From NCBI GenBank assembly GCA_944391475.1, contig CALXTR010000004.1, positions 25,807 to 89,806 of the forward strand: 64,000 nucleotides of DNA. The letters run 5' to 3'. Origin of the DNA: an uncultured Alphaproteobacteria bacterium (GTDB lineage Bacteria; Pseudomonadota; Alphaproteobacteria; RF32; CAG-239). The translations under genes and the position numbers were made by a program. Positions 19,332-30,416 of this stretch are shown one piece after another (within the stretch, counting starts at the first letter, position 1; every line of letters starts with the position of its first letter). The notes under the pieces are model-generated. The model ran no database searches. It saw nothing but the letters and a program-made list of their open reading frames with translations, and was not told the origin of the DNA.

Positions 19332-21083
19332 TTATACTCTAATATTGAGAGCGGACTTGCCATCCCAAGCCATTTCGGCTGCAGGTTGGTTGTCATTGCC
19401 GCTTTCTTGTTCAAAAATATTGCCCATGAAGTGTCGAAGTCCGTTTTCTTCTTCACGCTGTTGTTGCCATGTCTGATTGTTATCGTTATAGGCAAAGCTC
19501 AAGCTGTTGTCATCGGTTTGGAAACCGGCATCGGCAAAGGCTTTTTGCAAAATTTGCATATCTTTTTGCAGAATTTCCATAGTTTCAGGACGGCTGGCAA
19601 TAATATGAGCTTGCAGTTTGCCGTCTTTACTAAGCTGCATCTTAATTTCGATATGTCCTAAATCTTCCGGTTTGAGGCTGATATCAATTTTATCTACACC
19701 TTTAACTGCGGATTTAGTGATATTTACTTTTACTTGGTCGATAACCTCCTTGCTCATTCCTTTTAAGGCATCTTGCAAAGGTGATTTCATCTCTGCGTGC
19801 GAAAGCCCTTGAGCTTGGCGAGCAGCTCCGCTGCCAACCGTAGAGCCGGCAACAACCATTGCATCGGCCACGGGAGCGCTAGCTTTGGCAATGCCGGAAC
19901 TTACATTCTCGACCATAGTTTGAATAGCTGCCGCCTGCGGTACTGCTGCTCCTTGGGGAAAAGAAGCGTTCGGGGAAGTGAGGTTAGCACCTGTGGCGGC
20001 AGCGGGGGAAACTTGTGTGCCGTGCAAAGATTTTGGTGTTTCTACAACATTTTCGACACCTTCTTGAATAGATAGCGAATTTGCAACCATATCCTGACGG
20101 CTACGGTAGGAAATTTTTTCCTCAGCATTCTTAACTGTAACATCTAGCTTTACTTTTTTATCTTCGTTGACCTGGATTTCAGTTGCGAGCTCTCCGTTAG
20201 CATCATCTAAGATTTCGGTTGCAACATCTTCTTGAGCTAAAGATGTATTCTTTTTAGCAGCAGCAACATTCTCTTTTGCAGACAATTCAACATTTTCTTC
20301 GGCTACTGCAAGCGGAATATCAATCTCTTCCTCATTAACCGGTGTGAGCTGACTAATATCAATACCTTCTTGATTAGCATCAGAGCGAGCCACTTGCTCT
20401 AAAGATATCGGATTGCCATCCATATCGGTTATATCTGACAAAGTTAATCCGGCGACTTCTCCTCTCTCCATGGCCACAGCGAGTTCAGCTCCGGTTGTAG
20501 CCACAAAACCTCCGCTTTTTGCATCAAAATACATAATTTCACCCAAACCTTCGACATCTGCCGCACTAAGTTGGGTCGGCAAATTTTGCCGCGGTGTTTT
20601 ACCTTCGACATTTGTAAGCGGAGCAGATTGCGCAGGAGCATCTGCAGTTTGAGGAGCAACAGAAGAATCTGCACCATCTGCGACAGGAGCTTCGTCAACC
20701 GTTTGGCGAGGTGCCTCAACTGCTGCTGAAGCTTCGGCGCGCTCAGGAGCTTGACGACTATCAAACTGAGCCGGAGCAGCGACAACATCTTCTTTAACAG
20801 TATCTTTTCGCTTATTGTCCTTACGTGGTTTATTTTCGACAACATCGGAAGCTGTATTTTCACTGCGCGATGCCTCAGGAGCCTTAGCATCTACAGCTTT
20901 ATCTACTATAGAAACTCCGTTTTGAGCACCAAAATTTACCGCTGCAGAACCAAAGTCTTGCTTTTTGGCCGCAATTAAACTGGAAAAATCAAGCGCACTT
21001 ATCGGGCTATTGTTTTTCTTAATCAGGGCCAGTGGGTTATTCTGGTTATTTACGTCTTTAACTTCCATTGTTATCTCACTCAT
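19332..21083 (-). CDS. fliK: Flagellar hook-length control protein FliK
   Basis: The Pro/Ala/Glu-rich N-terminal ruler region and the C-terminal Flg_hook domain (IDISLKPEDLGHIEIKMQL...LQKAFADAGF) are present. The position upstream of flgD-flgE supports the call. The Met at 21068 is an alternative start. Confidence 0.7.
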   Translation of the reverse strand: MSEITMEVKDVNNQNNPLALIKKNNSPISALDFSSLIAAKKQDFGSAAVNFGAQNGVSIVDKAVDAKAPEASRSENTASDVVENKPRKDNKRKDTVKEDVVAAPAQFDSRQAPERAEASAAVEAPRQTVDEAPVADGADSSVAPQTADAPAQSAPLTNVEGKTPRQNLPTQLSAADVEGLGEIMYFDAKSGGFVATTGAELAVAMERGEVAGLTLSDITDMDGNPISLEQVARSDANQEGIDISQLTPVNEEEIDIPLAVAEENVELSAKENVAAAKKNTSLAQEDVATEILDDANGELATEIQVNEDKKVKLDVTVKNAEEKISYRSRQDMVANSLSIQEGVENVVETPKSLHGTQVSPAAATGANLTSPNASFPQGAAVPQAAAIQTMVENVSSGIAKASAPVADAMVVAGSTVGSGAARQAQGLSHAEMKSPLQDALKGMSKEVIDQVKVNITKSAVKGVDKIDISLKPEDLGHIEIKMQLSKDGKLQAHIIASRPETMEILQKDMQILQKAFADAGFQTDDNSLSFAYNDNNQTWQQQREEENGLRHFMGNIFEQESGNDNQPAAEMAWDGKSALNIRV

Positions 21084-21106
21084 AAAAGTTCATTTGAGTT
21101 TATATA

Positions 21107-21122
21107 TGCAAACAGCGTGCCA
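21107..21122 (-). promoter_or_regulatory. Sigma-54 (RpoN) promoter upstream of fliK-flgD-flgE
   Basis: The minus strand reads TGGCACGCTGTTTGCAT, which is the canonical TGGCAC-N5-TTGCA. It lies about 25 nt upstream of the fliK start. Confidence 0.7.
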
Positions 21123-21152
21123 TTTTTTTTACAAACATAAAAAAAACAGCAT

Positions 21153-21182
21153 AAAAAAAGTGCCTCACTAACAGCAAGGCAC
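21153..21182 (-). terminator. Rho-independent terminator downstream of flaF
   Basis: The hairpin GTGCCTTGCTGTTAGTGAGGCAC is followed by TTTTTTT on the minus strand. Confidence 0.65.
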
Positions 21183-21207
21183 TTAGCTTTCATCTTTATT
21201 ATGACAT

Positions 21208-21594
21208 CTAAGATTGAGGATTCTCAGCCGGAGTTTCGTGAGCGCTCAGGCCTTTGGCGATATTCATATTTATATCTATCAACACGCCTAAGCTTTCGGG
21301 CTTGGGATCAACCATAATAGAGACGGTCCGTTTGAAAATAAAGACCCCTAAGTTAATGATATTGGCTCGCACTTCTTGCGGTTGCTGACAATTTTGCTCT
21401 TGCATGGCAGATACGATAATTGTCCACAATTTGCGATTTTTTTCTAAGGCTTCATCTAATTCATTTTTACGAGTTTCCCAATTTTCCTTAATTAGGTTTA
21501 GGGCGGAAGCCGTACGAATCAGCGCGCGGCTTTCGAGTTCAACCTGATTGAGCGTGTTTACCTCATTGGTGGAATATTGCTGTAAATTATCCAT
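21208..21594 (-). CDS. flaF: Flagellar biosynthesis regulator FlaF
   Basis: 128 aa. NRKLWTIIVSAMQEQNCQQPQEVRANIINLGVFI matches the FlaF family signature (NRRLW...LPxELRAxIISL). An alphaproteobacterial flagellin regulator. Confidence 0.7.
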   Translation of the reverse strand: MDNLQQYSTNEVNTLNQVELESRALIRTASALNLIKENWETRKNELDEALEKNRKLWTIIVSAMQEQNCQQPQEVRANIINLGVFIFKRTVSIMVDPKPESLGVLIDINMNIAKGLSAHETPAENPQS

Positions 21595-21705
21595 ATTGAC
21601 CTTTCAAAACATGCAAATTAAAATCTTTTTTAAGAATAATATGCTAAATTGATTAAAATTGTAATAATATTATCATATTTTATCTTTCTTTTAAATGGTG
21701 ATAAC

Positions 21706-22551
21706 ATGAAAAATATATGGTTGATGATTTTTTCTTTGTTGTTTTTAACTCAAAATGCGCAGGCTGTGGTTGATTTTACTCCCGATAAAAACAAAACCAC
21801 CATTAAATATACCAGCTTTATGGATTATCCGCCGTTTGGGGTATATACCATTCGTGATTTAGGGTATGGCTTGAGCCGTGATGAATATGCTAGTATTTTT
21901 TCAAATTTAATTAATGATTTTTTTCAAGACAGCTCTATGAAATCTGAATTTGTCGGCAGTTTAGAATATACTGATTTGGTTCGTCAGGTGCGCGCCGGAA
22001 ACATTGACATTATCTTTGGAATTTATTACGGAACAAAAATTTATGACGGCCTTGATTATGTTATGCCGGCAATTGTTGATAATCCGGTTACCATTATTAT
22101 GCTGCCAGAGCGAGTGAGCGAAGTTAAACAACTTGCAGATTTGAAAAAGCTTAAAGGCGCTAAGTTTAGTGACGATCGTTTTAGCGACTATGTTAGCGGT
22201 GAACTGGAACAATTTAATCTTTTAAGCGAATCTGATGCTAACGAAATATTTAAGAAACTTTATAATAAAGAAATTGATTATATTATTGCCAGCTATTATC
22301 TCGGTGTTATCAAAGCATCAAAACTCGGACTTCGCAGCAAACTCAGTTTTTCTAAACAAGCAATTTGGAATATGCCGTTGTTTATTGGGGTTTCAAAAGC
22401 CTCTAAATATCATGATTCTTTGATGAGAAGCCTAATTGTCTACATTGAAAACAAAGAAAATCGAGATAAATTTGCCAAAGACCTTCAAAATATGGTGCGA
22501 AAATATGAACAAGAAAGTATGCGCACCGTACCCCCGATTTTTACCGAATAA
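21706..22551 (+). CDS. Periplasmic substrate-binding-like protein (SBP family 3-like), hypothetical
   Basis: A signal peptide (MKNIWLMIFSLLFLTQNAQA). The length and composition resemble amino-acid SBP folds. The start was moved to the ATG at 21706, which has a GGTGA RBS. Confidence 0.4.
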   Translation: MKNIWLMIFSLLFLTQNAQAVVDFTPDKNKTTIKYTSFMDYPPFGVYTIRDLGYGLSRDEYASIFSNLINDFFQDSSMKSEFVGSLEYTDLVRQVRAGNIDIIFGIYYGTKIYDGLDYVMPAIVDNPVTIIMLPERVSEVKQLADLKKLKGAKFSDDRFSDYVSGELEQFNLLSESDANEIFKKLYNKEIDYIIASYYLGVIKASKLGLRSKLSFSKQAIWNMPLFIGVSKASKYHDSLMRSLIVYIENKENRDKFAKDLQNMVRKYEQESMRTVPPIFTE

Positions 22552-22628
22552 TCGGTTTTGGTGTTGACCTTTAAATTATAACGGTTAAAATTTGCTTATT
22601 GAATCTTTGTTTAGGAAAGTGTTTTAAC

Positions 22629-23294
22629 ATGGTTTTACTCATACATCATCCGATATTGCCGCAATGTCGCAAAATCCGTCTGCAAATGAGCGAAAAGAAA
22701 ATGCTTTTTGTGCTCAAAGAAGAAGAACCATGGAAGCTTTCTCCTGATGTATATAAGCTCAATCCGGCCGGCGAAATACCCATTTTTGTCAGCGATGGGC
22801 AAGTTATTTCCGGACAATATCCAATTTGTGAATTTTTGGAAGATATTTCTTCTGAAAATCGTTTATTACCACAAACACCCGGAGAAAGAGCCGAATGTCG
22901 GCGCTTGATGGCTTGGTTTGATGAGAAATTTTATCGCGATGTTTATCGCAACATTGCTCAAGAAAAAGTCTTTAAGCGCTTTAGCCAAGGCTTGGCTCCG
23001 GATTCAAAAATCTTGAAAATCGGGCTCAACAATCTTAAATTTCATATGGAATATATTGATTGGCTGGCCGAAAGGCGAAATTATCTCGGAGGAACAGAAT
23101 TTTCTCTAGCAGACATTACAGCTGCAGCGCATCTTTCGGTGATTGATTATTTGGGCGATGTACCTTGGGAAAATTATCGTTATGCTAAGCTGTGGTATTC
23201 AAAAATCAAATCGCGCCCTAGCTTTAAGGATATTTTGAAAGATTCTGTTAAAGGTATTTTGCCTGCCAAAAATTATGCTAATTTGGATTTTTAG
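22629..23294 (+). CDS. Glutathione S-transferase family protein
   Basis: A GST N-terminal thioredoxin-like region and a C-terminal helical domain. The start was moved to the ATG at 22629, which has an AGGAAAG RBS. Confidence 0.6.
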   Translation: MVLLIHHPILPQCRKIRLQMSEKKMLFVLKEEEPWKLSPDVYKLNPAGEIPIFVSDGQVISGQYPICEFLEDISSENRLLPQTPGERAECRRLMAWFDEKFYRDVYRNIAQEKVFKRFSQGLAPDSKILKIGLNNLKFHMEYIDWLAERRNYLGGTEFSLADITAAAHLSVIDYLGDVPWENYRYAKLWYSKIKSRPSFKDILKDSVKGILPAKNYANLDF

Positions 23295-23303
23295 AGAAAA
23301 ATT

Positions 23304-23777
23304 ATGAAACTCGGAAATTTGCTCTTGTGTTTGCCCATATTTTTTGTAAGTGCTTGTACTTCCGTATATGAAGACAAGGCGCAAGGGCAGATTGTGTACC
23401 ATTGGGAAAGACCAAGAACCGGCGTAATCAAATTTTCACGCGATCACTCCGAGTGCTTGCGTGAGGCCGAAAACTGGACTTGGACACCCGATATAAACAG
23501 TTGGTTCTACTCAGAAGAGGCTAAGCTCAATATTCGTGCCGATTGGCATGCCGAACGCGGAATTTGGGCAACTTATGTGCCTTATCCTGGGGCTCAACCA
23601 TTAATCGTCAACTCCCTGCGCGATGATGAAAACATTAAGCCCAAAGCTTATCGCGAATGCATGGAAAAACGCGGGTATGCTCACCGCTTTACCGATATTC
23701 CCGAAACCACTAACTTATATATTTATCGGCCGCAGCGAGTTTTGCAGGGCAAGCCATTTAACCAAGGTGACATATAA
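23304..23777 (+). CDS. Hypothetical lipoprotein
   Basis: A signal peptide with the lipobox FFVSAC. No recognised domain was found. The 3' end overlaps the convergent oprM-like gene by about 55 nt. Confidence 0.45.
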   Translation: MKLGNLLLCLPIFFVSACTSVYEDKAQGQIVYHWERPRTGVIKFSRDHSECLREAENWTWTPDINSWFYSEEAKLNIRADWHAERGIWATYVPYPGAQPLIVNSLRDDENIKPKAYRECMEKRGYAHRFTDIPETTNLYIYRPQRVLQGKPFNQGDI

Positions 23778-25192
23778 GCCTCCTCAAAGCTTTGGGGCTG
23801 GTAACCTCCTCCACTGGCTTTATAAAAAGCAATTATCTCCTGATAGATTTGACCATTGCTTGCCACCAATTGGTTTTGGGCGGCAAGCAAGTTTTGCTCA
23901 GCAGTCATAACATCGCTAAACTCGATCAGACCGCGCTCATATTTATCTAAGGTCAATTCGGTGGCTTTTTTCTGTTCCTTGGCGGCTGCATAAGCCGAAC
24001 TGTTTTTCCGGTACTCCTCATTAACTGCGGTCATGGCATTTTTTATCTCGGCGATGGCATTTAAGACACTGTTTTGATACTGATAAAAATATTCCCGCGT
24101 AGCTTCTTTTTGCAGTTCGACCTGATTTTGAAGTGCGCCCCAATGGAAAACCGGCAAACTGATAGCCGGAGAATAATTATACATATAGCTATCGGTATCG
24201 ACCAAATCCGGAACTTTTAATGCCTGCCAGCCTAAAAATCCACTCAAAGACAAATTGGGATACAAATTGGCAATGGCCGCACCTATCTGAGCATTTTGTG
24301 CATGAAGCTGGTGTTCGACAATACGAACATCGGGGCGATTTCTGACTACTGATACCGGAAGTTCGTACAGTCTGGAAAGTTTATACTCAAAACGGCGGCG
24401 CACCAAATTATGTTCGTTTGCAGAGAGTTGCTTTTCCAAACTGCCGGGGAGTTTGCCAACCAAAATGGTTAAGGCATTTTTATAGGCTTCGGCTTGTTTT
24501 TTGAGCTCAGGAATGGCAGCTTTGGTGTTTTCGACCGTATATTGAGCCTGATTAAGCGCCAAATTATCCGCCAGGCCATATTTATTCTTGGTGGCAACCG
24601 TATTATAAATGTCTTCCTGCAATTTAAGATTCTGCTCAGCAATGCGGATTTGGGCCTGTGCCGTGCGCAAGCTAATATAATCGGCGGCAACTTCGGCGGT
24701 CAGGCTTAAGTAGACATTATCCAAGTTGGCGGCCGCAGCTTCAAACATAGCCTGATAGCTCTCGGTTTGGCGGCGGGTTTTACCCCAAATGTCTACTTCC
24801 CAAGTGGCATCAAACCCTAGCTGGTAGTAATCGGTATCTATCGTGTAGCCAATGCTTTTACTAGGCTTATTATAATGATAGCTACCATCAGCATCAATCA
24901 TTGGCAGACTTCCGACCGCATTTATTTTTAGGCTACTGCGTGCCTGGCGCAATTTTTCAATGGCGATTTTGGCATTAGGGCTATCTTTCAAGGCTTGTTC
25001 CACCAACTGATTTAAGATGGGGTCACGAAACTCTTTATACCATTCTTTACTTACCATTTGCCCCGAGATTTCTACTAGTCCCAAGCTTTTTTGAATATCT
25101 TGGCTACGGTATAACTCCGGGCGCTCAAAATCCGGACCGACCGAACAAGCCGCCACACTCAATCCTAACAGCAAAATTGTGGTTTTACGCAT
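23723..25192 (-). CDS. RND efflux outer-membrane factor lipoprotein (NodT/OprM family)
   Basis: [26 protein letters not shown] is the typical lipobox N-terminus of the NodT family. A TolC-like repeat architecture follows. The preferred ATG is at 25192; the ORF track extends upstream to 25315. Confidence 0.85.
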   Translation of the reverse strand: MRKTTILLLGLSVAACSVGPDFERPELYRSQDIQKSLGLVEISGQMVSKEWYKEFRDPILNQLVEQALKDSPNAKIAIEKLRQARSSLKINAVGSLPMIDADGSYHYNKPSKSIGYTIDTDYYQLGFDATWEVDIWGKTRRQTESYQAMFEAAAANLDNVYLSLTAEVAADYISLRTAQAQIRIAEQNLKLQEDIYNTVATKNKYGLADNLALNQAQYTVENTKAAIPELKKQAEAYKNALTILVGKLPGSLEKQLSANEHNLVRRRFEYKLSRLYELPVSVVRNRPDVRIVEHQLHAQNAQIGAAIANLYPNLSLSGFLGWQALKVPDLVDTDSYMYNYSPAISLPVFHWGALQNQVELQKEATREYFYQYQNSVLNAIAEIKNAMTAVNEEYRKNSSAYAAAKEQKKATELTLDKYERGLIEFSDVMTAEQNLLAAQNQLVASNGQIYQEIIAFYKASGGGYQPQSFEEAYMSPWLNGLPCKTRCGR

Positions 25193-28100
25193 TTTCCTTA
25201 CCTCCTTTTTTGTGTTTTGAAGGAGAAGGTGTCGGTAGATTTTCTTTTTCGCCGCTCCACTCTTTGATACTTTCAAACAAGGCAAACAGCGCCGGAATAA
25301 AAATAATTCCCACAAAAGTTGCCGCTATCATTCCAAAAAACACCGATGTACCAATGGCAATTTGGCTCGAGGCTCCGGCTCCGGTGGCTATCACCATCGG
25401 GAAAACACCCAAGATGAAGGTTAAGGCGGTCATCAGCACAGCGCGAAAACGTTCGGAAGCGCCTTTCTCGGCGGCCTCGACAATGCTTTTGCCTTCTTCG
25501 CGATAAGCCTTGGTGAACTCCACAATCAAAATGGCATTTTTAGCGGCCAAGCCAATCAACATAATCAGTCCCAACTGGGCATATATACTCAAAGACAAGC
25601 TCATGAGGTGCAAACCTATCAATGCGCCTAAAATGGCAAAAACAGTAGAAAACATTACTGCAAAAGCCAACATCCAGCTCTCGTATAGTGCCACTAAAAA
25701 CAGATAGCAAAAGACCAAAGCTAAGGCAATTAAGATACCGGCAAGTCCTGCGGCCTCCACTTCTTGTAAGCTAAGTCCGGTCCAAGCAATCTTATAATCT
25801 TGTCCCAGAAGTTGTTCGCCTAAGCTCAAAATGCTGTCAATGGCTGTACCGGTACTAACCTCTGGCTTGGTTTGAGCTGTAATGGAGGCAGCAGTGTACT
25901 GATTGTAGCGATAAATGGTTTTGGGGGAAACCTCGGTGCTGATATCGGCAAAGCTTTTGAGCCGGATTAACTGTCCGCTATTGGAGCGCACGTACAAATC
26001 CTCCACATCTTGAATATTTTGACGATAGGGAAAGTCGGCCTGAATAATCACCTTATTGACCTGCCCGCTCAAGGTAATGTTATTGATATAGCGTGAACCC
26101 AAATTATTCTGCAAAGCCGCAAACAGCGATGAAACTGGTATTTGGTAAGACTGGAGTTTGGTGCGGTCAACATCCAAATATATATGCGGCGTATCGGCAG
26201 TAAAAGTCGAAAATGCATAAGACAATGCGGTACCGGTGTTCATCTTGATAAGCATTTCTTGGAGTTTTTCAAACAACTCGTTGGGTGTGATGTCGGCATT
26301 AATCGCCAAAAGCTCTAAGGACAGGCCATCGGCATTACCAATTCCGGGAATGGCCGGTGGGGCAAAAAAGTTGACTTCGGCTTGCTGATTGCCGGCAAAG
26401 GTTTCGGTCAGCCTTTGGACAATGCTTTCAATGGAAAGCGATTTTTTAGTACGTTTGCTCCAAGGCTCCAGACCAATTACGCCCAAGGCCACATTCTCTC
26501 CGCCACCGCCCAAAATGGAATAGCCGGCCACGGAAATATAATATTTGATACCCTCCATTTGCAAAAGTTTTTCCCCGACTTCTTGCAAAACATCATTGGT
26601 TTGGTTAATGGTGGCAGTATTGGGAAGCTGGATATTGGCAAAAATGATACCCTGGTCTTCTTCGGGGATAAAAGATGAGGCGGTATGCCTGAAAACCAAT
26701 CCTACCACGGCGATAGTTCCCAGTACAATCAGGGTGGTAAGTTTCAATCGGGAAGAAAACCAGCCCACGCTATGAGTATATTTTTCTCTAAAAAATTCGA
26801 TAAAATCATTAAACCAGCCAAAGAAACGATTTTTGACCGAAGAATCGTCATTTTGGAGAAAAATAGCGCAGAGTGCCGGACTTAAGGTCAGGGCATTAAA
26901 GGCCGAAAAAACCACGGCGGTAGCAATGGTCACGGCAAACTGCTGGTAGATTTTTCCGGTGATGCCGGCCATAAGCCCAACCGGAATGAAAATAGAGAGC
27001 AACACAAAGGTGGTGGCAATAATTGCACTGGCAATTTGCTGCATGGCCTTAATTGAGGCGGCTTTGGCATCTAATTTTTCATAAAACATCAGATACTGGA
27101 CGCGCTCCACCACGATAATGGCATCGTCTACCACCAGGCCAATGGCCAAAATCATGGCAAACAAAGTCAAAATGTTGATGTTAAAGCCCAGCAAATATAT
27201 CACCGCAAAAGTGGCAACGAGCGAAACCGGAATGGTGATAAGCGGGATAAGCGTGGTTTTCCAGCGTTGCAGAAAGAGAAAGGTAACAGCCACAACCAGC
27301 GAAAAAGTAATGACCAGTGTTTCTAAGATACTTTTAATCGAGGCACGGACAAAATCGGTCGAATCGTAGGCGACTTCTAATTTGATATCCTCAGGGAAAG
27401 TGGCTTGCAGTTTTTCTATCTCCTGATAGACATTGTTCATAATATCTAACGAGTTGGAGTTTGGAGTTTGACTCAAGGCAATAACCACCGCCGGAGTGTT
27501 ATCAAAGTCGGCATTCATTTGGTAGCTATCTGCTCCCAGCTCTATTCTTGCAACATCTTTGAGCCGGATAATGCCGCCGTCTTCTGAGGTGGCAACCACA
27601 ATGTTCTCAAAGTCTTTGACATTGTTTAACAAGCCCTTGGCGGTGAGGCTCAAAACTACCGGTGTATCTTTAGTGCTCGGAGCTGCACCAATACGGCCAA
27701 TGGAGGCTTGGGTGTTTTGGTCCTCTATGGCTTGCACAATGTCTGCACTATCTAGCCCCAGTGATGAAATCCGCGCCGGATTGAGCCAAATACGCATACT
27801 ATACTGCGGTCCATAGATAGAAACATCGCCCATGCTGGGAATGCGTGCAATGGAGTTTTTGACATTATCATAGGCAAAATTGCTTAAAAACAAATCTTTA
27901 TAAGTATGCTTAGGTGAACGCAAAACCAACATACCCAGCATATTGGCCGACTGGGTTTTAACCTCTAGGCCTTCCTGAGTGACAATGGCGGGTAACTGCG
28001 ACATTACCTGTTGGAGCCGATTTTCGACTTTGACTTGCGCAATGTCGGGGTTGGTGCCAATATTAAAAGTAATGGTCAGATTGTAAGAGCCATTGTCGTC

Positions 28101-28349
28101 AGAAGTGGATGACATATAGAGCATATCTTCCACGCCGTTAATTTCATTTTCAATCGGGACGGCAACCGTATCGACCAAAACTTGAGCATTGGCACCGGGG
28201 TAATTGGTACTGACCACAATTTGCGGCGGGGTGATTTCGGGATATTGCGAAACCGGTAAGACCACAATGGCCATGAGCCCAAGCAAGACCATTACAATGG
28301 CAATTACTCCGGCAAAGCGCGGCTTATCAATAAAATATTCTGAAAACAT
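25185..28349 (-). CDS. RND multidrug efflux transporter permease (AcrB/MexB family)
   Basis: A 1054-aa protein with 12 transmembrane helices and two large periplasmic loops. The N-terminus is [24 protein letters not shown]. Its start overlaps the acrA stop as ATGA. Confidence 0.9.
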   Translation of the reverse strand: MFSEYFIDKPRFAGVIAIVMVLLGLMAIVVLPVSQYPEITPPQIVVSTNYPGANAQVLVDTVAVPIENEINGVEDMLYMSSTSDDNGSYNLTITFNIGTNPDIAQVKVENRLQQVMSQLPAIVTQEGLEVKTQSANMLGMLVLRSPKHTYKDLFLSNFAYDNVKNSIARIPSMGDVSIYGPQYSMRIWLNPARISSLGLDSADIVQAIEDQNTQASIGRIGAAPSTKDTPVVLSLTAKGLLNNVKDFENIVVATSEDGGIIRLKDVARIELGADSYQMNADFDNTPAVVIALSQTPNSNSLDIMNNVYQEIEKLQATFPEDIKLEVAYDSTDFVRASIKSILETLVITFSLVVAVTFLFLQRWKTTLIPLITIPVSLVATFAVIYLLGFNINILTLFAMILAIGLVVDDAIIVVERVQYLMFYEKLDAKAASIKAMQQIASAIIATTFVLLSIFIPVGLMAGITGKIYQQFAVTIATAVVFSAFNALTLSPALCAIFLQNDDSSVKNRFFGWFNDFIEFFREKYTHSVGWFSSRLKLTTLIVLGTIAVVGLVFRHTASSFIPEEDQGIIFANIQLPNTATINQTNDVLQEVGEKLLQMEGIKYYISVAGYSILGGGGENVALGVIGLEPWSKRTKKSLSIESIVQRLTETFAGNQQAEVNFFAPPAIPGIGNADGLSLELLAINADITPNELFEKLQEMLIKMNTGTALSYAFSTFTADTPHIYLDVDRTKLQSYQIPVSSLFAALQNNLGSRYINNITLSGQVNKVIIQADFPYRQNIQDVEDLYVRSNSGQLIRLKSFADISTEVSPKTIYRYNQYTAASITAQTKPEVSTGTAIDSILSLGEQLLGQDYKIAWTGLSLQEVEAAGLAGILIALALVFCYLFLVALYESWMLAFAVMFSTVFAILGALIGLHLMSLSLSIYAQLGLIMLIGLAAKNAILIVEFTKAYREEGKSIVEAAEKGASERFRAVLMTALTFILGVFPMVIATGAGASSQIAIGTSVFFGMIAATFVGIIFIPALFALFESIKEWSGEKENLPTPSPSKHKKGGKENA

Positions 28350-29515
28350 CAGCGTTTGCCCTCCCCGCTGTTGCGATCAAGAATGTTGAGTTTGAACTTT
28401 TGGTCAGGGCTTAGGCGGCTGCTGAATTTATCAATCACCAAATACTCACCGGGAGCAAAAGTATTTTTGATTACATAGTCATCGCCTTTAATACCGATTA
28501 TCTCAATTAACCGGCGCTCAATTTGGTTATCTTTGGCAACATACACATAATTGCCGCTGTCTTCCATGGTGACCTGATTTTGGCGCACCAAGACGGCATT
28601 CTTAACCGTTTTTTCCAGCAAAACATCGACATAAGCATTGGCAACTAAAGTGTGGCGAGGGTTTTTGAAATCGGCATAGACGGCAATAGAATTGGTGGAG
28701 CGGTCAATTTGGTTATCTAAGAACTGAAACGCGCCACTTTGGTTATAAATTTGCCCATTGCTGAGGCGAATTTTGATGTTTTCGCCGGCAAACAAATCCC
28801 CATTTGAGCGCGCAAGCTCGTTTAAGTAATCTTTATCAGAAATGGAAAACACCACACGAATTGGGTCAAACTGAATGATTTTAAGCAAACTGCCACCACT
28901 TGGAGAGACATAGTCGCCGCGAGAGAGGTTGACGTTGCCGACCGTTCCGCTGATGGGCGCAGAAATCAAAGTATAGTCCAAATTGACCTGAGCCAAGTTA
29001 CGCTTGGCTTGAGCTTGGGCTAGTGCGGCTTTGGCATTGAGGTACGAGGCTTTGGCATTATCAAGCTCGGTTTTAGAAATAACTTCAGTTCCGGCTTGTT
29101 TCATTCGCTCATAATAAACCGAGGCATTGTTTAAGGTGGCTTTAGCTTCCATAACTGCGGCTTTGGCGGCATCAAGGCTGGCTTGATATTCATCGGGGCG
29201 GATTAAAATAAGTTTGTCGCCGCTATCGACGTATTGGCCACCTGAAACATAGATTTTTTCAAGAAAACCGCTGATATAGGGCACAATATCAACCTCGTGA
29301 ATGGGCATGACATAGCCAATGTAAGACTGAGTAATCTCCACATCTTGAGGAAGAAGCGACACCACATTTAGGCTGAGCTCACGCGGGGCGGCCTCGGGTG
29401 CAGTTTTTTTGCCCGTCAATGGAAAAAAATGCCAAGCCAAGGCAAAAGCGCCTAAAATCAATATCAAAAGCAGATAAGAAAAAGTTTTATGTTCTTTTTT
29501 TTGCGCAGATTTCAT
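28349..29515 (-). CDS. RND efflux membrane fusion protein (AcrA/MexA family)
   Basis: An N-terminal transmembrane anchor, a coiled-coil hairpin, and lipoyl and beta-barrel domains. It is the first gene of a three-gene efflux operon. Confidence 0.85.
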   Translation of the reverse strand: MKSAQKKEHKTFSYLLLILILGAFALAWHFFPLTGKKTAPEAAPRELSLNVVSLLPQDVEITQSYIGYVMPIHEVDIVPYISGFLEKIYVSGGQYVDSGDKLILIRPDEYQASLDAAKAAVMEAKATLNNASVYYERMKQAGTEVISKTELDNAKASYLNAKAALAQAQAKRNLAQVNLDYTLISAPISGTVGNVNLSRGDYVSPSGGSLLKIIQFDPIRVVFSISDKDYLNELARSNGDLFAGENIKIRLSNGQIYNQSGAFQFLDNQIDRSTNSIAVYADFKNPRHTLVANAYVDVLLEKTVKNAVLVRQNQVTMEDSGNYVYVAKDNQIERRLIEIIGIKGDDYVIKNTFAPGEYLVIDKFSSRLSPDQKFKLNILDRNSGEGKR

Positions 29516-29621
29516 ATTGCCACAACCTTAGTTATATTGCCATTTGCACAATAGATAATGGCTCTAAGGCTTAATTCAAGCTTTAGGGATATAACAAAAT
29601 CAGCATCAAATTTAAGAATAT

Positions 29622-30368
29622 TTATTCGAGAAAAAATTCTATCGAATTTAGTATTTCAGCGATATCTCCGTCTTCTTGCATTCGGTGGCTTGAACCTTTA
29701 CGCAGCTTTAGCACCACATTGTCGTGGCTGATTTGTTTTACAATCTCGAGCGAATATTTCCACGGATAGGCCGCATCTTTAATCCCTTGAATCAGTTGCA
29801 CCGGGCATTCCAGCTTGATTTCCTTATCTAACAAGCGGTTTTCGCGGCCACTATCAAGCAATCCCTTCGTAAACAAATAATCATAATCATCAGTATGAAA
29901 AAAGATTTGCCCTTTTTCTTGCAACTCTTGCTTTTGGGCGGCACTCATATATTCTTCCTCCAGCCCGATAGTAAAATCGGGAGCAGCCGAAATGCCCACA
30001 ATCCCCACGACCCGCCGTGGTCTTAAAACTCCGCCCAACAGTGCCAGCCAGCCGCCAACCGACATTCCAACCAAAAGAACCGGCTCGCTTATTATATCAT
30101 CTATCATTTCAAGCATTTGGCTTTTCCAGACATTAATATCAGATTTGGCATAATTTTCAATATCTGAGCCATGTCCGGCCATTTCAAACCGCGCAAAGCC
30201 CAAACCTTTTTCTATACAAAAGCTTTTTATGCTTTCGGGTTTTCTGCCCCAAGGGTCGGAGCACAAGCCGTGCAGGTATAAAACCGTAAAATTGTTAGTT
30301 TTTGCGGAATTTGCTTTGATGTATTCAAAATTTGTGGTAAATCTGCTCTTAAATGTATGAACGGGCAT
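29622..30368 (-). CDS. Alpha/beta hydrolase fold protein
   Basis: A nucleophile elbow GMSVGG (GxSxG) and an HG oxyanion region (YLHGLCSD). Confidence 0.6.
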   Translation of the reverse strand: MPVHTFKSRFTTNFEYIKANSAKTNNFTVLYLHGLCSDPWGRKPESIKSFCIEKGLGFARFEMAGHGSDIENYAKSDINVWKSQMLEMIDDIISEPVLLVGMSVGGWLALLGGVLRPRRVVGIVGISAAPDFTIGLEEEYMSAAQKQELQEKGQIFFHTDDYDYLFTKGLLDSGRENRLLDKEIKLECPVQLIQGIKDAAYPWKYSLEIVKQISHDNVVLKLRKGSSHRMQEDGDIAEILNSIEFFLE

Positions 30369-30416
30369 GTCAAAAATCCGTATTGTTAAGGTTAATAGTG
30401 AGGATAATATAAGAAA

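Noticed and set aside
23723-23777. 55-nt convergent overlap between the lipoprotein gene and the oprM-like gene
   Set aside because: Probably benign. It could reflect an imprecise 3' end call of the lipoprotein ORF, so it was not treated as a finding.
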